Shown here piece after piece: positions 63,980-64,000 of a DNA stretch of 64,000 nt. The notes below the pieces were generated by a model. It was not told where the DNA came from and ran no database searches. It saw nothing but the letters and a program-made list of their open reading frames with translations. Numbering within the stretch: position 1 is the first letter of the stretch; the number at the start of each line of letters is the position of its first letter. Where the stretch lies: positions 358-64,357 of the forward strand of contig DAHUZH010000005.1 in the NCBI GenBank assembly GCA_027306695.1. The letters run 5' to 3'. This stretch comes from Acidobacteriaceae bacterium. GTDB taxonomy: Bacteria; Acidobacteriota; Terriglobia; Terriglobales; Acidobacteriaceae. The translations under genes were made by a program, and so were the position numbers.

Positions 63980-64000
63980 TCATTCTGAGGTCGCCGTGGC
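63980..64000. repeat. Second, window-truncated copy of the REP-like element seen at 47891-47935
   Basis: tcattctgaggtcgc (63980-63994) matches tcatcctgaggtcgc, the reverse complement of the 47921-47935 arm, at 14 of 15 positions. The window ends at 64000. Confidence 0.5.

Overview
This 64-kb chromosomal window is roughly 55% GC by eye. All family and domain calls come from reading the six-frame track; no searches were run. The gene content looks like an Acidobacteriota (Terriglobia-like) genome, which is an inference. It has three ~1100-1230-aa TonB-dependent receptors with N-terminal carboxypeptidase-regulatory-like domains and a C-terminal Phe, several TPR proteins, and a beta-propeller/Y_Y_Y NarL-type sensor kinase. 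Layout: (i) The left edge carries the 3' part of an IS4-family transposase. (ii) 1.0-6.8 kb holds a TBDR plus two translationally coupled TPR proteins. (iii) 6.8-8.2 kb is a gene-poor stretch with a 5'-truncated DeoR remnant; a 23-bp perfect inverted repeat lies at the truncation point. (iv) 8.2-12.7 kb holds an orphan Ser/Thr-rich secreted protein and a 7TM-linked PP2C phosphatase. (v) 12.9-45.7 kb is the most interesting part: a dense concentration of exported peptidases and D-amino-acid / peptidoglycan-peptide chemistry. Its core is a 15.5-kb co-directional array: TBDR, tricorn-like S41, membrane-anchored S12, S9, a CPBP protease, a VanX/DdpX remnant, and a PBP4(S13)::D-aminoacylase-like fusion. 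Around it lie a divergent RpiR regulator, an APC permease and a GNAT, two further D-aminoacylase-like paralogues, an OSBS/N-succinylamino-acid-racemase homologue and another S12 hydrolase. All three D-aminoacylase-like domains lack the canonical HxH and Cys metal ligands. (vi) 46-50.5 kb holds pgi, a myo-inositol oxygenase homologue and a TPR protein. (vii) 50.9-63.8 kb holds a third TBDR with a strong terminator, then a compact L-rhamnose cluster (rhaEW-rhaB-rhaI-rhaT-rhaM plus a rhamnosidase-like gene) with no regulator. I saw no rRNA, tRNA, CRISPR array or recognisable defence system. The best candidate for an undescribed system is the TBDR-linked exported peptidase / D-aminoacylase locus; its proposed role is a hypothesis.
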